A DNA stretch of 64,000 nt. It comes from Yuukianura sp. NJ FZ-2021. Its lineage: Eukaryota. Position 1 is the stretch's first letter. Every line of letters begins with the position of its first letter. The DNA is taken from contig CM102290.1 in the NCBI GenBank assembly GCA_046563655.1, positions 6,758,001 to 6,822,000 on the forward strand, written 5' to 3'. The notes below the pieces were generated by a model, which did no database searches, had not been told where the DNA came from, and saw only the letters and a list, made by a program, of their open reading frames with translations. This document shows positions 50,900 to 64,000 of the stretch, piece after piece. The position numbers and the translations under genes are program-made.

Positions 50900-52873
50900 C
50901 TACTTCTTCTTTCCTTTCCCCAATGTGCCTAAAGACAGCGTGTGAGAACCTGAGAGTTGCTGTGTGGCATGGTTAAGCTTGAGACGATTAAATTCAGAGA
51001 TTTCCTCCTCCAGATTCTTCTGGAAATCTTCAAGTTTCCTCTTTTCCCGCAGATGCTCCTCTCTAATTTGCTCGAACTTAAATTGTAACTAAAGCAACGT
51101 AATTACAAATTAGTTCCAGGAAAAATAAGTAAAAAGTAATTTAAAAATCTGGTATTCCTTACGTCTTTCTCAGCTTCCTTCAGCTGAGCTTCCTTCTCCT
51201 TTACGCGCATTATAAATTGTTGTTTCATGTCCTCTTCTTTTTCTTGAAGTTCTTGTTGATGAAGCGCCATTTTTTTCTCACATGTTTGCTGGAAACTGAG
51301 TGGCTTATTGTCTGAATCCACATCGGTAAATCCCATCTAACAGGAGATCAACAAAACAGTAATTAATGAACGCATATTTAAGGGTGGAAAGTTTGAAAAC
51401 AAATATTAGCCGTTGAGACATACCTGCTCCAATCGGCTCTTCCTATACAGCTCGTAGTGCTTTGTGTGTGTTTGATCTTTCAGATCTTCCATATTGGTAC
51501 GGATTAGCATTTCACGAAGTTTGATGAAATCGCAGTGCGTCTCGTTTTCGACTAAAAATTAAAAATGAAGCTACTTGCAAAAGTTACTTGCAACAGAGAC
51601 TTCATGGATCATGAAAGTAAAACATTTGGAGGCTTAATAGTAAAGTTACCTTGCACAGTACCCCAAGGATACTGCCGAGCACGCATCATCTTATTTCCAA
51701 CTCTAACGAACTCGTTGCTTCCAATGACGGCGAAAGGCATTAGTGCATTGGCGGCGGCATTAACTTGACTTACGGTATCATCATCTACTGGAAATTGATA
51801 GGTAGAGATTCCGTTGTTACTTAATTCTTGGTTAATGCGCTCCTTTACATTAAAAACAAACATGATTATTCAATTAAAAAAACATGTTGAACAAAATCCA
51901 GCGTCTTCCACAAATTGGAAACCTACTTTGAACTTTTGTAGCTCAGCTTTAGACACTGTATCGGCTTTTGCAATGAGCGGAATAATATTAACCTTGCTGT
52001 CCAGCTTCTTCATACAAACCACATCGAGGGATTTGAGGCTAATGATTGTACCAAAAAATTAAGGATTAAATGGCGTTAGGCTTCAACGAAATCAAATAAA
52101 CACTTACCCATGCCCTGTTGGGCATATAAAGTAAAGGCAGACGTGAATCCTGGTGTCATGATATGTGCTAAGTGATCTTCGAATCTTTAGTTCTTCCTGT
52201 AAGTACGCTTCAAATTGAGCATCTACATACTCAACAATTGGTTTGTAGCTCTCTTCCTTATTGATCTGGTCCCCATATCCGACCGTGTCCACAATTGTTA
52301 GCTGAAATACAACAAATCAATCTACAACATCTAGCAGCGCGGAAGCGAAAACATAAACGCTTTCAAGCAGCAACCTTCATGTGGACAGTGTTTTCTTGAA
52401 GGTCGTAAGTATTTGCTTCCAGTTTCACAGACGCTATGTTATGCGGACTTGGCTTCGAGTCAAAATTTGTGTTGAATAATGAATCCAAGAGAGTCGATTT
52501 ACCCATACCGGTTTCTCCTAATAAAAACAACAATAAAAATTAATGCAAGCAGTTGACATTAGAGAAATTCGGAGTTAATGATCCTAATGCTAATGTTAAA
52601 GCTAATTTTGAACAATACTGAGGCTTGACCTGAGTCACCTGAGTATTATTTTAAATTTGCGTACGATGTGCAGACGAAATTAGTTAATTACAAATTCTCT
52701 TGCTGTAGAGGTACTTAGTGTTTATGTGACATGACAATGATATGATATGACTCACCGATGCAAAGAATGTTCATGCTGAATCCCCTTTGAATTGTCTTAT
52801 TCACCAGTTGGTCCGGTAGCGTTTCGAAACCGACATGACCGTTCGGGAGCAAGTTCCTGGTTTTCTCCAACAT
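50900..52873 (-). CDS. Sep2: Septin of the SEPT6 group (Drosophila Sep2-like); 8 coding exons, 416 aa
   Basis: Exons 52873-52756, 52517-52375, 52301-52108, 52038-51927, 51842-51650, 51551-51424, 51336-51163, 51088-50900; total 1251 nt with consistent phases. [16 protein letters not shown]-loop [29 protein letters not shown]-terminal coiled coil ending LGKGKKK. An extra upstream coding exon cannot be excluded. Confidence 0.95.
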
Positions 52874-54498
52874 TGTCGTGACTTTCCTTGGTTTGACCTG
52901 TCCGCTGATGATGATGAACACAGTTTTTCAGTTAGTAGCTCAACTTCTTAAGCCCTAATCGTCAAGAAAAAAAAACTAAATTCCAGTAAAAGTGACTGAG
53001 AAAGAAAAAGGAGAGGCACCGTCATTCCCTTCCACTTTTGAAAGATGAATCAACTTCAATCATTTTTTGCTGTCTTCCCCAGTGCCAGTTCCCCGTGTGC
53101 ACGGTGTTTTTGGTTTCAAAAAAGGATGTCAGTCTCTTATAGTAATATAATAGTATAACTGGAAGCCTAACCACTGGGTACGGGTGGGTAGGAGGAACCG
53201 AAATGCAGCCAATGAAACATCATAAGGTGTTGTGGTGGTAGCAGCCAATCGCATCCTCCGTTTTGAAAAAGCAAGATGTCAGCTGTAAAATTTTATTACT
53301 AATATTCCACCTCCGGCTTATTATATGTACGACTTAAATATGAGAGCGCGAAAAATAGGGCTACTCTATCAGTCAGCGCTTTAACTTCTGTTTGAAAATC
53401 AATCTAACCAAACAGTTTCATTACTTCAAATCGTTCTGAGCTTGGATCCTGCTGGATCTTTCTTAAGGCAATGTTGCTAAGAAAACCGCACACTGGTGAG
53501 GTCAGGCTCAGGCTTGTCGTTTGTCAAAAAACTGCAGTGATTGGCAACCGAATGCAGCTCGTGAGTTTTCGATCAACGAATGCATGGTTTGCGCTCAGAC
53601 AGAAAGGTAGCTCGCATGAACAAAAATGCAGAAAAAGTAGCGCTCGCTTCGTAGAGGGATACCAAAATCAAATTAGAACGTGAATTTAAGTGGATTCGTG
53701 ATAAACGCGACATTAAAAAAATCAACGTGATTGCTAGACTCAGTCGGACAGTGAGCTCTTGGAAATGATTTCAGACTCCATCCTAACGTTTTGGTTTAAT
53801 TCAAAGGAATACGGGACTTTTTTGTTAACGAAGACGGGCTGAGGATGAAATTTCGGGGGACGTATTCTACGGATTTAATGAGTTTATTTTTTATTTATTT
53901 TTTTTTACGCCTCTCTGTAGACTAGACTAATGTTTAGTTTAGTCTTAGAGGGCCGCAAAACACTTTTGGACATTATTAAAATGCATTCTGAAAAAATTAA
54001 AGAGATCTCATTCCAAATTTTTTTTTGAAATTTCAAAGGTAAGACGCGTCTTATCCGCGATATAAGAATCTAGAAGCATTCAGCTCGCATGTTTACAACG
54101 TATTTGCGGAATACGATTAGGAGGAGGAGCAAGAGGTGGAGCACGCATTCGACCACTTAAATTGTCAAGCACAGATTTGTAAAAAAGTTGCTGTCGTGCC
54201 TTACTGTATCCAGCCGAGTTCAAAGATGGGCCTCTTGCGTCGGTTTTACGACTGTTCTTTTTAAGTATTACTTTCTAACTTGATTTAAGGACCTTTTCCC
54301 TGGAATCTCTGCAAATTAACGTAAATCTGTCGCCCATTTTGTTTAATTTACAACACTCGTTGACGGCGATGCTCTAACTAAAATAATGACCATCCCCGTT
54401 TGTATGAAGATGGGTATGCTGTTCGTGGTGCGCAGGGTAAGACCGTAAATACGGCGCCAGAGTTTGAAATCGTCAATAAAAACCTCCAAAAGAAAGGA

Positions 54499-55816
54499 CA
54501 GCCTACTACAGTCGCTACAGGCAGCGACCCAGTCTCTAGCTGAAAAGTCGCAACACTCTGAGACTGGGTCTCCTCCTCTAGCGACTCCTGTGAATGAGTC
54601 GCAGTTCCAGGCGACCCAGCGTCCGCTGGTAGCGACCATTTTAGTTTTTCGGAGCTGGGACGGACTTCCCCCCGAAAAAGATGCTGTTTTCTTTATTTTA
54701 ATCGATAGAAAACGTAATTTCGCAACTTTGCATCGTTGGGTTTTCCGTCCCTGACCTCATGGCCTAAGATATTCTAGTTTTCTTTTTCAAACCCTAATTT
54801 AAGAGTGTTAGGAGAAAGTTTTTTTCGTGAATTTGATATCAGTCGATGCCAAATTTTGTCTAGTTTTTAAAACAGTAATTAGTTTCAGAAATATTTAAGC
54901 ATTAATCAAAAATATTTAAAGAAAATTGTGGTCCAATTGACAAAGCCGCAGTGACGGGAGGCCGGGTCTCCACAGGCTGCGACCCACCCGCAAAAATTTT
55001 TTTCGACAAGCGGCAACACTATCCATCCGAGATGCACTGAAAATCAATGAAATTGCACATTGGGTACAATTTCAATATTTGCTTGTCAAATGTACTCTAA
55101 TTTTAAGTACATTTAGTTCAGTCATTCATCATTTCTTAATTTGGTATTATTATCAATTATAATTTTTGCGCGTTCGTTACCGAGTGATTAACCTTTAGAA
55201 AATATTTTTGAAAATTACGAAATTTTTCTGTGAAGACCCTATGCACCCCTGATAGTAAAAAAAGAAGAATTTTTTTTTCAGAAACTGTTTTACCAAAAGA
55301 AAACTTAATTTAAAAAAAATTTCATGTACAAATTTTTTTGTTTCCTCAAAACTTCAAAATAAAAATATTTTTCTCCGCTATCTATGAAAATCGGTTTGTA
55401 TGTAAACTAAACTAATTTGAATATGCTGAGCACGGTTCTGAAAGAATTTCTCAAAAAAGTCAAAAACAAAAATCTTAAGATTTATTTAAAGCGACAAGTT
55501 TCTTTTCGTATATCATACACTTAGGTTTACAACACAATTCAAAAACTTGCAGTTGAAACATTAACAAAATTAGCCACAGTGCTGCGCTAGGTTGAACTCA
55601 TGAAAATACATGGGAATTATAGGCAACACTGCAAAAACCAGTTTCTGAGACCCGGGTCGCAATTGGCTGCGACCGAGCTGTATTTCCAGTACATAGTTCA
55701 TACAAGATGGCTCTGGAACGGGTCGCTTGGAGGAGAGACGGAGCCGCCTCCTGTAGCGACCCTGGGTCGGTACAGGAGGCGACTAGGACTCTTCCACAGG
55801 AGACTGTAGGAGACTG
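54499..55816. mobile_element. Non-autonomous TIR element with GC-rich subterminal (GCGAC/GTCGC) motifs
   Basis: Imperfect TIR CAGCCTACTACAGTC / GACTGTAGGAGACTG; AAGGA on both flanks; AT-rich core. Confidence 0.55.
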
Positions 55817-58044
55817 AAGGAAAAATGAAAGGCAAGGGGACGTGGGGACGAGGACGACTGACGAAGAAAACAAATAAGAGAAAGGGAAGGAAGATGTGGT
55901 CATGGGATATGAATGCAGTAAAGTGCAGTGCAGCAGCTACTGGCTACAGACGTTCAAGAGAAAGTAAATTTCTCTGACGGAACGTACATAGGAAAGTAGC
56001 GCATTATTAGGATAGACGCACATATGTGCGAGGGTTCCGCGCCGAACCTCGAACCATAGATAACAGAACAGGTCAGGTGCGCTGCTATCATGAAAAATTT
56101 AATTTAAAGCTTTTAAAGTCTAATGGAGCGAAATAATTTGCGGGGTGGAATTTTAATACAACCACACACTGACGATTTGAGGCTTGGTCATGCTGCAGAA
56201 ATGTTTAAATGTTCATATACAAGTACCATACAAGACACTTGTCATTTAGATGCGAAAACTTTTTAAATTACAACAAAACATTATCTTAAAAGATAGGTAG
56301 GAGGCAGTACAATAGTGTAGCATAAGGCAGCATAATGTAGTGCACCCATTATTTGTTGTGATTTCACACGATATTGTTATTATTATACGTCAAAACTGTG
56401 CTAGGGAATGAGTTTAGTGTTGAAAATGAAGGTGTACGCGGTTATTTGTTTTATTCAGTTTAGTTTTGCGACTTTTCGGGTGCGCAACACAAAAAAAAGA
56501 AGTGATGGTTCGGCGGACGTTTATGCCGAATTCTCAAACACACACCTTTGGGAGATTGGACCAAAATTGAGTGTCACCGAGTGAGAGGGAGAGCATGTAA
56601 TTGAATCCGGTAAGGAAAGAGGGTAGTAGAGGTTACCACTTGCAACTTGCGGATCGTGGGATCTTCTCATCTCGGACTTCGAGAGAGAAAGTTACCGTCA
56701 TCATCATCTCAAACTCAGAATCTTCGTTTCTCTACTTTTACCTATTTAGTAAAGCATTACCAAGGACATCCATAACCAACAACTCGGCGATCAGATGATC
56801 AGAGAATTGGATTTAACAAAAGATGAAGGTTGGGTCCAGTAAGCAACCGATCAAATCCAACTCGATCGTTCCGCACGGCAAGATTGTCATGTAAGTAGAC
56901 ACAGCACAGCTGTTTTTCCGTTTATAATGCATCATTGTCGAATTATGGGTGTTAAAAGATACATAGCTTTTGGTTTAGCCGTAAACTTCTAGCCTAGCCC
57001 ATCATTCGCCATCGCCACTGAATTCTATCGCAGGAGATCAGCTGCTCGTGCGTAGAGTGCATGAACTAGTGGCCTTGCCAGTATTACGTAGTAATCAAGC
57101 ATAACTATGCAGCTGAATTCACTGTATACTACAGAATCTCTGTAGTACATGTTTCTCCAGCTGATTGGATTCGACCCGCTTCAACGACAAAGATAAATCC
57201 GTAAAAGGTCGACGGATACGCAGTGATTACTTGGATATTCCGCGCTCTGATCTCATTAACCCGGATCGGGCGATAAATAGCCGCGGGGCAAAGAAAACTG
57301 GCGGCCACAATTGGAGTTTCCCGACCCGCATTGGTTCATTTTCATTTAAGTAATTTTATTTTATCCTAATTCTTTACGTCCGATTTTTCTTTTGACCCAG
57401 GTATCAGTTGTGTGAACTAATAATAGGGACTTTGTGAACTTCTCGAACCTTGTCGTGGAAAACAGCTTACGCCAACGCTCTCCAAGTCACCCAAATTAAT
57501 AGCATTGATATGATGTTAGCGAGTAGCAGTTGCAGGTTCCAGATACGCATAACGTTTAGAGCAAATATTTGGGTGTCAATCAAGTCAATCACAAGCAATC
57601 ACTTCTCCCTTTGCGCTAAAAATTGCTACATCTAAAGTACTAGCCGCCTTGTATGGTAGCTCGGAAAACATTTGACGTGAATAAAAATATAACTAACGAT
57701 TGTTCCTATCTTTAGGGACTGCTGAGGATTCCACTTTCCGTCTAACAGAAACAGGCAAGAGATGCCTATGACGACAACGATACGGAACCTTCATTAAAAA
57801 TTAAAAGGTAAAACCTAAACGCCTTATTACATCAATCATATGCTCTTTTCTAATATTAAGTGTCATGAAGTTTAATTTAATTTTTGTTATGTTTTTCAGA
57901 TGTGATCGGTCCACGGAAAAACACCACGAATCGATTACAGTCGACCATCGTCCATTACCCTGATACCTTTATGTCACATTTTGACATCAGGTTCAACTTG
58001 TGAACATTTTTTCATTTTCCCGAAGTTTCAAACAACGTTCAACC

Positions 58045-58332
58045 ATGAGCTCGCCACCCAAAAGTTCAGTGATTTCTTCAAGTATCAGTACAAACACTTC
58101 AGTAGGAGATTTCGACAGTGACAACTTAAAGTTGCCTTCGCTCTCAGCGGATACCGGTGACAGTACACTCAACACATCTACCTCCCACGATACATCAGAT
58201 GAGGCTAATGCCACATTGTCTGTGGAGCTGTCGTCAAATGATAAATCCAATGTGAAGTTTGCGGTTCTTATTGGGTTGATTGAGGTGGGGCAAGTTTCTA
58301 ATAAGGATGTCGTCAACAATGTGCTGCAATTG
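58045..58332 (+). CDS. NBEA: Neurobeachin/rugose (NBEA/LRBA family), first coding exon; the gene continues beyond the window
   Basis: MSSPPKSS...NVKFAVLIGLIEVGQVSNKDVVNNVLQL|GTAAGT. KFAVLIGLIEVG is the conserved N-terminal motif of neurobeachin/LRBA. Acceptor TTTTTCAG| lies at 57899/57900. The expected next exon (LVGGEFD...) was not seen in the window. Confidence 0.88.
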
Positions 58333-60639
58333 GTAAGTTGGACCATTTCATTTTTAGTGGTATTACTTTTAAGTCAAAAGTTCGATCGAGTGTAGTCTCG
58401 TAGTTTAGTTCTACTGGAAATTCAGACTAACTAAGTTACTAGATTCACAGGGACAGGGCGAGACGAGTGACAGAGTTTAAGAACCTGACGAGAACAGCGA
58501 GCTGGATTGAATTGAATGGTTGAACTAGCAAGCGAATTTCAAATGGCACGAATGGAAACGAACGACAGAGCACTTAGGCTTATACTTTGACATTATGCTA
58601 ATGTACCGTGCCACAGCACGGAATCCTGTCTTAAGTGTACTTACTATTAGGCTACTTTGTGTTTCGGTGGAATGATGGAGAGAGTTCCGGCTGCCTAGAG
58701 CTAAGAGAGATGCATTAATGCATTGAGGGCTAGATAATCTTCACATGATGATGATTAATTCACATTATCTAGTACATCATTGAGATGAACAAGATGAAAG
58801 GATATTGATGTTAGAAGAGCCGTGGAGTAGAAAGGTGCCTCTAGTTAGACACTATACTAAAAGTGTCCCGAGGAGATTCCAGTGTCAACAGAAGGAGGAT
58901 CGAACCACTTTCCAAAATCCTTTTGATTCTGTTCTCTGCGTTCTTGGCGCCTGAAAACTTTAGGAGACACGACGACACTAGTCGCACTAGAGATCCTCCT
59001 CGTTTTAGAATTAGCTTTCTTGCCTTTCCACAACTAATCTTAAGAATTGCTATCTCCGCAACTAAGAATATTCTGTTTTGCGATGTTATTCAAATACAAT
59101 AGTAAGTCGCCATTTTGTGGTGCGTTTGTGTTTCGACAAACTACTTTCTTTGCAACTCGCTTGCCAATATTACAAAATTTTGCCGGTTGTTTTGTGCATA
59201 TTTCGTGCTCTGTATAAAACTTTGTATTTATAAAACAGACCTAAAAAGCTAGTGATATCCGCAAAGAAAGTCAAAGTCAATCAGATCAATTCCGCTTTCA
59301 CTCTAGTGAGGCTGTGGTATTTACCGGTGGATGAAGCAAGCGGAGACGGGAAGCGAGTTGTGATGTTCCTGTGGGTTGTGGGTTATTCTGAATTGAAGTG
59401 AAGATTGGGATAGGAGTGAAAGTGGAAGAGTCTCTTTCTTGGCTTGAATTAGGTAGGGAGAAGGACTGGGAAAGTTGGGCCATGCGTTTTCTCCATTAGT
59501 TAAGCCTTAAGGAAGGAGGAGTTCTAAACTTTTCCTTTCCGGCAATCTCAAATCCAGTAGGAACTAAAGGCTTTTTCAGTCGTTCAGCAGAGTCCGACTA
59601 CTCGAGAGCCTAACCGGGGACTTAACACTCAAGTACTCCCGCCAGAGCGTTTACTTTCTACTTAGAAACATGAGTTCAAGTGAAGTTGGGACTGTCACCA
59701 TCACCCTACAAGGCTTTCACCTTCTCTTCACCAACTTTCACTCGGGAAATTAGTCTTCGTATAAAAGTTTCAAAAGAATTTAAACTTGTGTCAGTTAACT
59801 CCTCCATGTCGTGTCTGTTTTTTGATATGGGACATTCCCTGTCAAAGAACTAAAGACTTCTCGCTCTTTTAACATTTTCAGCAAAGCGCAAATGCTAAAA
59901 TTTGGTCACATTTGCATTTGAATATACGAATTTGTAATTTTCATGTTTCACTGAATTCACGACTCATTTCGGTGGTGCACAACGTTAGCACTTTCTGTGC
60001 GAATTTTAAAAATGTAGATTTCCTGCTTTCCTCGGTACTCGTTTAGTTGTGTAGTTGGAAAGATGTTTTATTAAACAGTTTTTGAAAAATTAACCTCGTT
60101 GTAGGTTCGTTTTTTTTTAAATTGAGTGGGTGGTGACTCGGATTTTCAATTGTGCAAACTGAACGTGCAGCATCTGCACTGAATCATCCTTATGCTGGAC
60201 ATGCAGGTTTTGATTCAAACATTCAGGAGGCACTAAATTTGAAACGTGCTTTCCTGTCTCTCACTTTTGGAGTGGTACGGAAGATGAAGCAAGCAAGCTG
60301 GAGCGACATCAGGAGAGGTCACTTGAGAAATTTTATTTTTTGAACCACTGCGGCTTTTGTGGTCGTTTTCTCTCTCTTTTTTTCGGAGACTGACGTTCAG
60401 TGAAAGTAGAGACAGGCTATTGCCTTTGGTGGTCTTAAGTGTAAACTGAGTTTTCTTTGGAGGCTTATGAAGTTCTTCAATTGAACTGACACTGGACTAG
60501 TTTCCAGAATCCCCGCCGTCCAAGTGAAAATCTGGCCTCTCCGGATAGATAAGAACGAAAAGAAGTGGAAGTGAAAGTTTCTTTTGGTTTTCCGAATCCA
60601 AGGCGTCAAGCGCTTGTGGACGACTGCTGAATCCCAAAC

Positions 60640-61158
60640 ATGGAAACGAGGGGTGAGCGGACGCTGCCACACAATTTCTATGTTGATCCAGCAATGGCTC
60701 AAAAACTAGTGGAAGAGGGAACTTTAAATTTGACGACGTCAGTGAGTATAAGGTGTTGCGGAGGAAATAATGGGACTACCCGGGAGCCTTCTGTGACATG
60801 TAATGGGAATTCAATTCAGAGATTAATTGGTAGGTCACAAGAGGCTCGAAACTGCAAGGACAATGGAGTTGACCCGAAACCAAACCATTGTCCGCCAACA
60901 TTGGCAGGAGTAGGAAACAATGTATTGAATCTACCGCAACCGCCGTCAACACATCGTCTCCCAAATGCTTGGTCTTGTAAGTTGCAAAGTGTTCGTTCTC
61001 CTGATTTTGAATCTGAAGCAGAAACGAATGTTCCTGTTTCGTTAACGGGACATTCTGAGTCTTGGAAGAAAAACCGGAACCTCTATTGCAACTTCTGTGT
61101 CAGCGGAGACACAATGGAGGGAATTGTACAATGCCTCGTCTTCCTCAAGGCATTTTCA
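60640..61158 (+). CDS. NBEA: Alternative first coding exon of neurobeachin/rugose
   Basis: 173-codon reading frame ending GDTMEGIVQCLVFLKAFS|GTACGT, a phase-0 donor like the upstream exon. I recall MEGIVQCLVFLKAFS joining LVGGEFD in arthropod neurobeachin isoforms (not verified). Which ATG is used is uncertain. Confidence 0.65.
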
Positions 61159-64000
61159 GTACGTTGATTTCATTTCCTTTTTAAGTGTTTTTCGTAGAAA
61201 AAGTTTGTTGTTGGTGCAATTCATATTCATGAGTTACAAATTATCAATCGTTAGTACCTGAAACGCTGGTAAATGACGTCGATTTGCTGAAATGTTGACT
61301 CGCTTGGTGTATACAGATTTATCGAGATTTATATCTATAGTCAAAGTGTGGGAGAGAATTTGAAACGAAGAATGATGACATTTTCATGCGTGACATTGCT
61401 TACGGTTCACACTGTTGAACCTATGCTAACACAATACTTGTAAGTGTTAACTTCTTGTGTTGTGTATGTTAGTGAACCAAAATTGTTTATTCTAAAGTAA
61501 AAGTTGAAAGAAACTGAAAATTTAACACTTTTAGTTATAGAGATAGCATAAATATAGTATAGGAATCGCTTGATCCTCTGAATATTTTATTTTGTAGTAG
61601 TTGGCCTCTAAATGGGCGTTTGATTGAGGAGGACCTCAGGTCTTGGTTTAGAAATTGGTGGAACGTTTGGCTTGCGGGTGACGTCGGACAGGGTGACGAC
61701 TTGCGAGTAAAAGGCAAGGACGAAGAGCGACGTGCTGATCAAATAGAGCTGAGCAAACAGAGTGAGGGCCCAGCACAAGACGGTCAGTTCTAGAGGAAGC
61801 GTTTCGGTTATTAGTGTCTCGCATCAAACCAATCATTCCTAAATGTCAATGATCCGTTCCAAGAAGAGCAGAACGGACGTAAGTAACCGGATAGTGAACG
61901 CATCATGCCAAAAAAAATTGTTTGATGCCTAGACACTTAAGCTGGATCAGGGTTAATTACGGGATAGCGTGGAACGATTTGTGTACTTAAGAGTCGTTGA
62001 CCTACTTGACCTCCTTCAGGCCCAAATTGACCTTATTTTAATCAATGTACTTTGTTTAGAAAAAAAGTTTGTCAACCTAGAGGTTCGCTGTTAAGCGCGA
62101 TGTGCGTCGTGTTACTTGCATGGTCTTACCCGGCATTGCGGCCAGGGCCAAGGTAGGCAGCTCTGTTTTTTACAACGTTTCTTACACGTAAGAAACGTCA
62201 TTGAAAACTACAACGGTAATATTCGTAAGGTTCAATTTTTGTTTTAGCCGTTTGTTTTAAAAAATTAACCTGAAATGCCGCGTGTACGTGATGTGATTCT
62301 ATTTGGAATAAATTTTGGTTATGTAAGGAAACTAACCTTTTTTTTTTGCTACTTTTGTTAGTGAGCATAGTAGAAATATCGTTTTTAGCGTAGCATTTCG
62401 TTATTACAGTAAAAATTGTTAGGAGGTTTACGAAATTGAAAACTACCTTCATTTCTGAACTATTTTGAGCTAGTCTAACAATATTTTAAAAGTTTTTTGA
62501 GCTTACGCCGGAAGTTAGCATCGTCGAGGTTATTGTTGATTTGGCTGAGGGATCCATTGCCGAGTCTGATTTCCTGAATCATTGTCAAACTCCCCAAGAT
62601 GAATGTTAAGGATTGGTTGACGGCGTTAATCCAAAGTCTAGGTATCAAAATTATATTTGAGCCTTCAGAGTCTACCCATTTTGGATCCTCCGGAAGCTGC
62701 GGTAGTTTAGTAATTTTACCTGTTGTAGGCGAAGAATAAGTTCAGAAAGTCCAGCGTCACTTTGCTAAGGAGCCATAGTAAGTATGCAACAGCCAGTCCT
62801 CCAACATTTGAATTTCCCGTACAAAATCCATGTCGAAAGGTCAATCCGATCTAAATGTAATTCATTCCTCAGTTACTGAATGTACAACCTGATTAGAATT
62901 ACGACTGAAACTGAAATGTCATGTAACCGGAGGAATTTTAGCAAATGGGCTTGAATTTTTTGGGTTGTTTTTTAAGAATGCAGAATCAGTCCTTTAATAA
63001 ATTCAGTTTTTTTTTCTGAATTTGTAAATTGGCATAATGACAAACAGGTTCACAGATCACCGCGTTTTCTCTTTGAGTTTCCATTCCCCTTTATCACATT
63101 CACACCTCTCCTCTTTCGGTTTAGGTAAAAGAGAGAGGCACTTTCTTTTTCGTGAGACGCCTAGCTGATGTAGTACAATGAAAAATTGATCGGAATTGGG
63201 AAACGCTCGCCATAAAAAAAATTTTCCTTTCATAAATTAACTAAAATCGAATTTGCAAACTCATACCTCGCTTGCAACGACGATAAAAATAGCGAGTGCT
63301 TGAGAAGCCGTAACAGTCCAAATGATTTGTTTGAAATTTTTGAGTTGTCGAAGGGTTTGTCGTCCTTCGGAATCTTGAAATTCCAATTGTCCGAAGACAC
63401 GGTGCCAATTAATCATTGTGGAAGGAAGCATAATGCTTGTCTTGTTTAGATTAACGTAGATTCCGTTTAGAACAGAGGTGTACACTAGCTGGACTTTAGA
63501 TTTCGACTGGCAGTTGGTATTAAATTGGACATTTAATGAAGGGTAGAGTAGTCCCCGAAGTGTATAGGCTGACCAAGACTACTTTGCCAAAATCAGCTGG
63601 ACAGCGTCTTTACTTGTTGCTCAAGGGGGTGAGTGCTAGTAGGGTAAAACTAAGAACTAAAGCGGAACAATTAAGTTTTCAACGGAATGAAACATGACGA
63701 ACAATATGTATGCGTATACATAGACATATTGTCTCCTCTCCAGTTAATAAATAAATATTAGGAACAATCATATTTTTTTGCACTAACAAAAGCTGCTGAG
63801 TCATAAATGGTTCATTGGCGGGAAAAAACGCATGCTGATTTAAAATTGTAACGGAGAGATAAATAATAGGGTCGTAGGCTCTTCTTGTAGAGAAAGCTAG
63901 TGTTTTTCTTTTTGTTTTTGGAGAAAGCAGCAACAGGAGAGCTGGGGAGGCGGAGTGAAAGTCTCTTTTTCCTTGGTTTTTCGGATTTAAGTGTATCTTT

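Overview
Eukaryotic DNA, probably arthropod (spliceosomal introns, a torso-like gene, a TTAGG tract); the taxon cannot be fixed from this window. Bases 1-7.4 kb are the edge of a satellite array with higher-order repeats (HORs of 636, 762 and 891 bp, built from ~95-bp and ~127-bp monomers). It grades into an 11-bp satellite that is interrupted by a LINE ORF1 remnant. From 10 to 38 kb lies a dense field of nested, mostly non-autonomous DNA transposons (pogo-, Chapaev-, P/Galileo-, Helentron/Helitron-, Merlin- and IS630/Tc1-like) around a 7-exon SLC25A44 gene. After that come torso-like (tsl), a 3-exon gene for a 104-aa secreted four-cysteine protein that the ORF track shows only in part, an 8-exon septin (Sep2/SEPT6 group) and the 5' end of neurobeachin/rugose with two alternative first coding exons. 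I found no clear-cut novel multi-gene system. The best leads are the small secreted protein, the satellite architecture and its junction, and a MITE family with asymmetric ends. All gene models were spliced by hand and family calls come from recalled motifs, not database searches.
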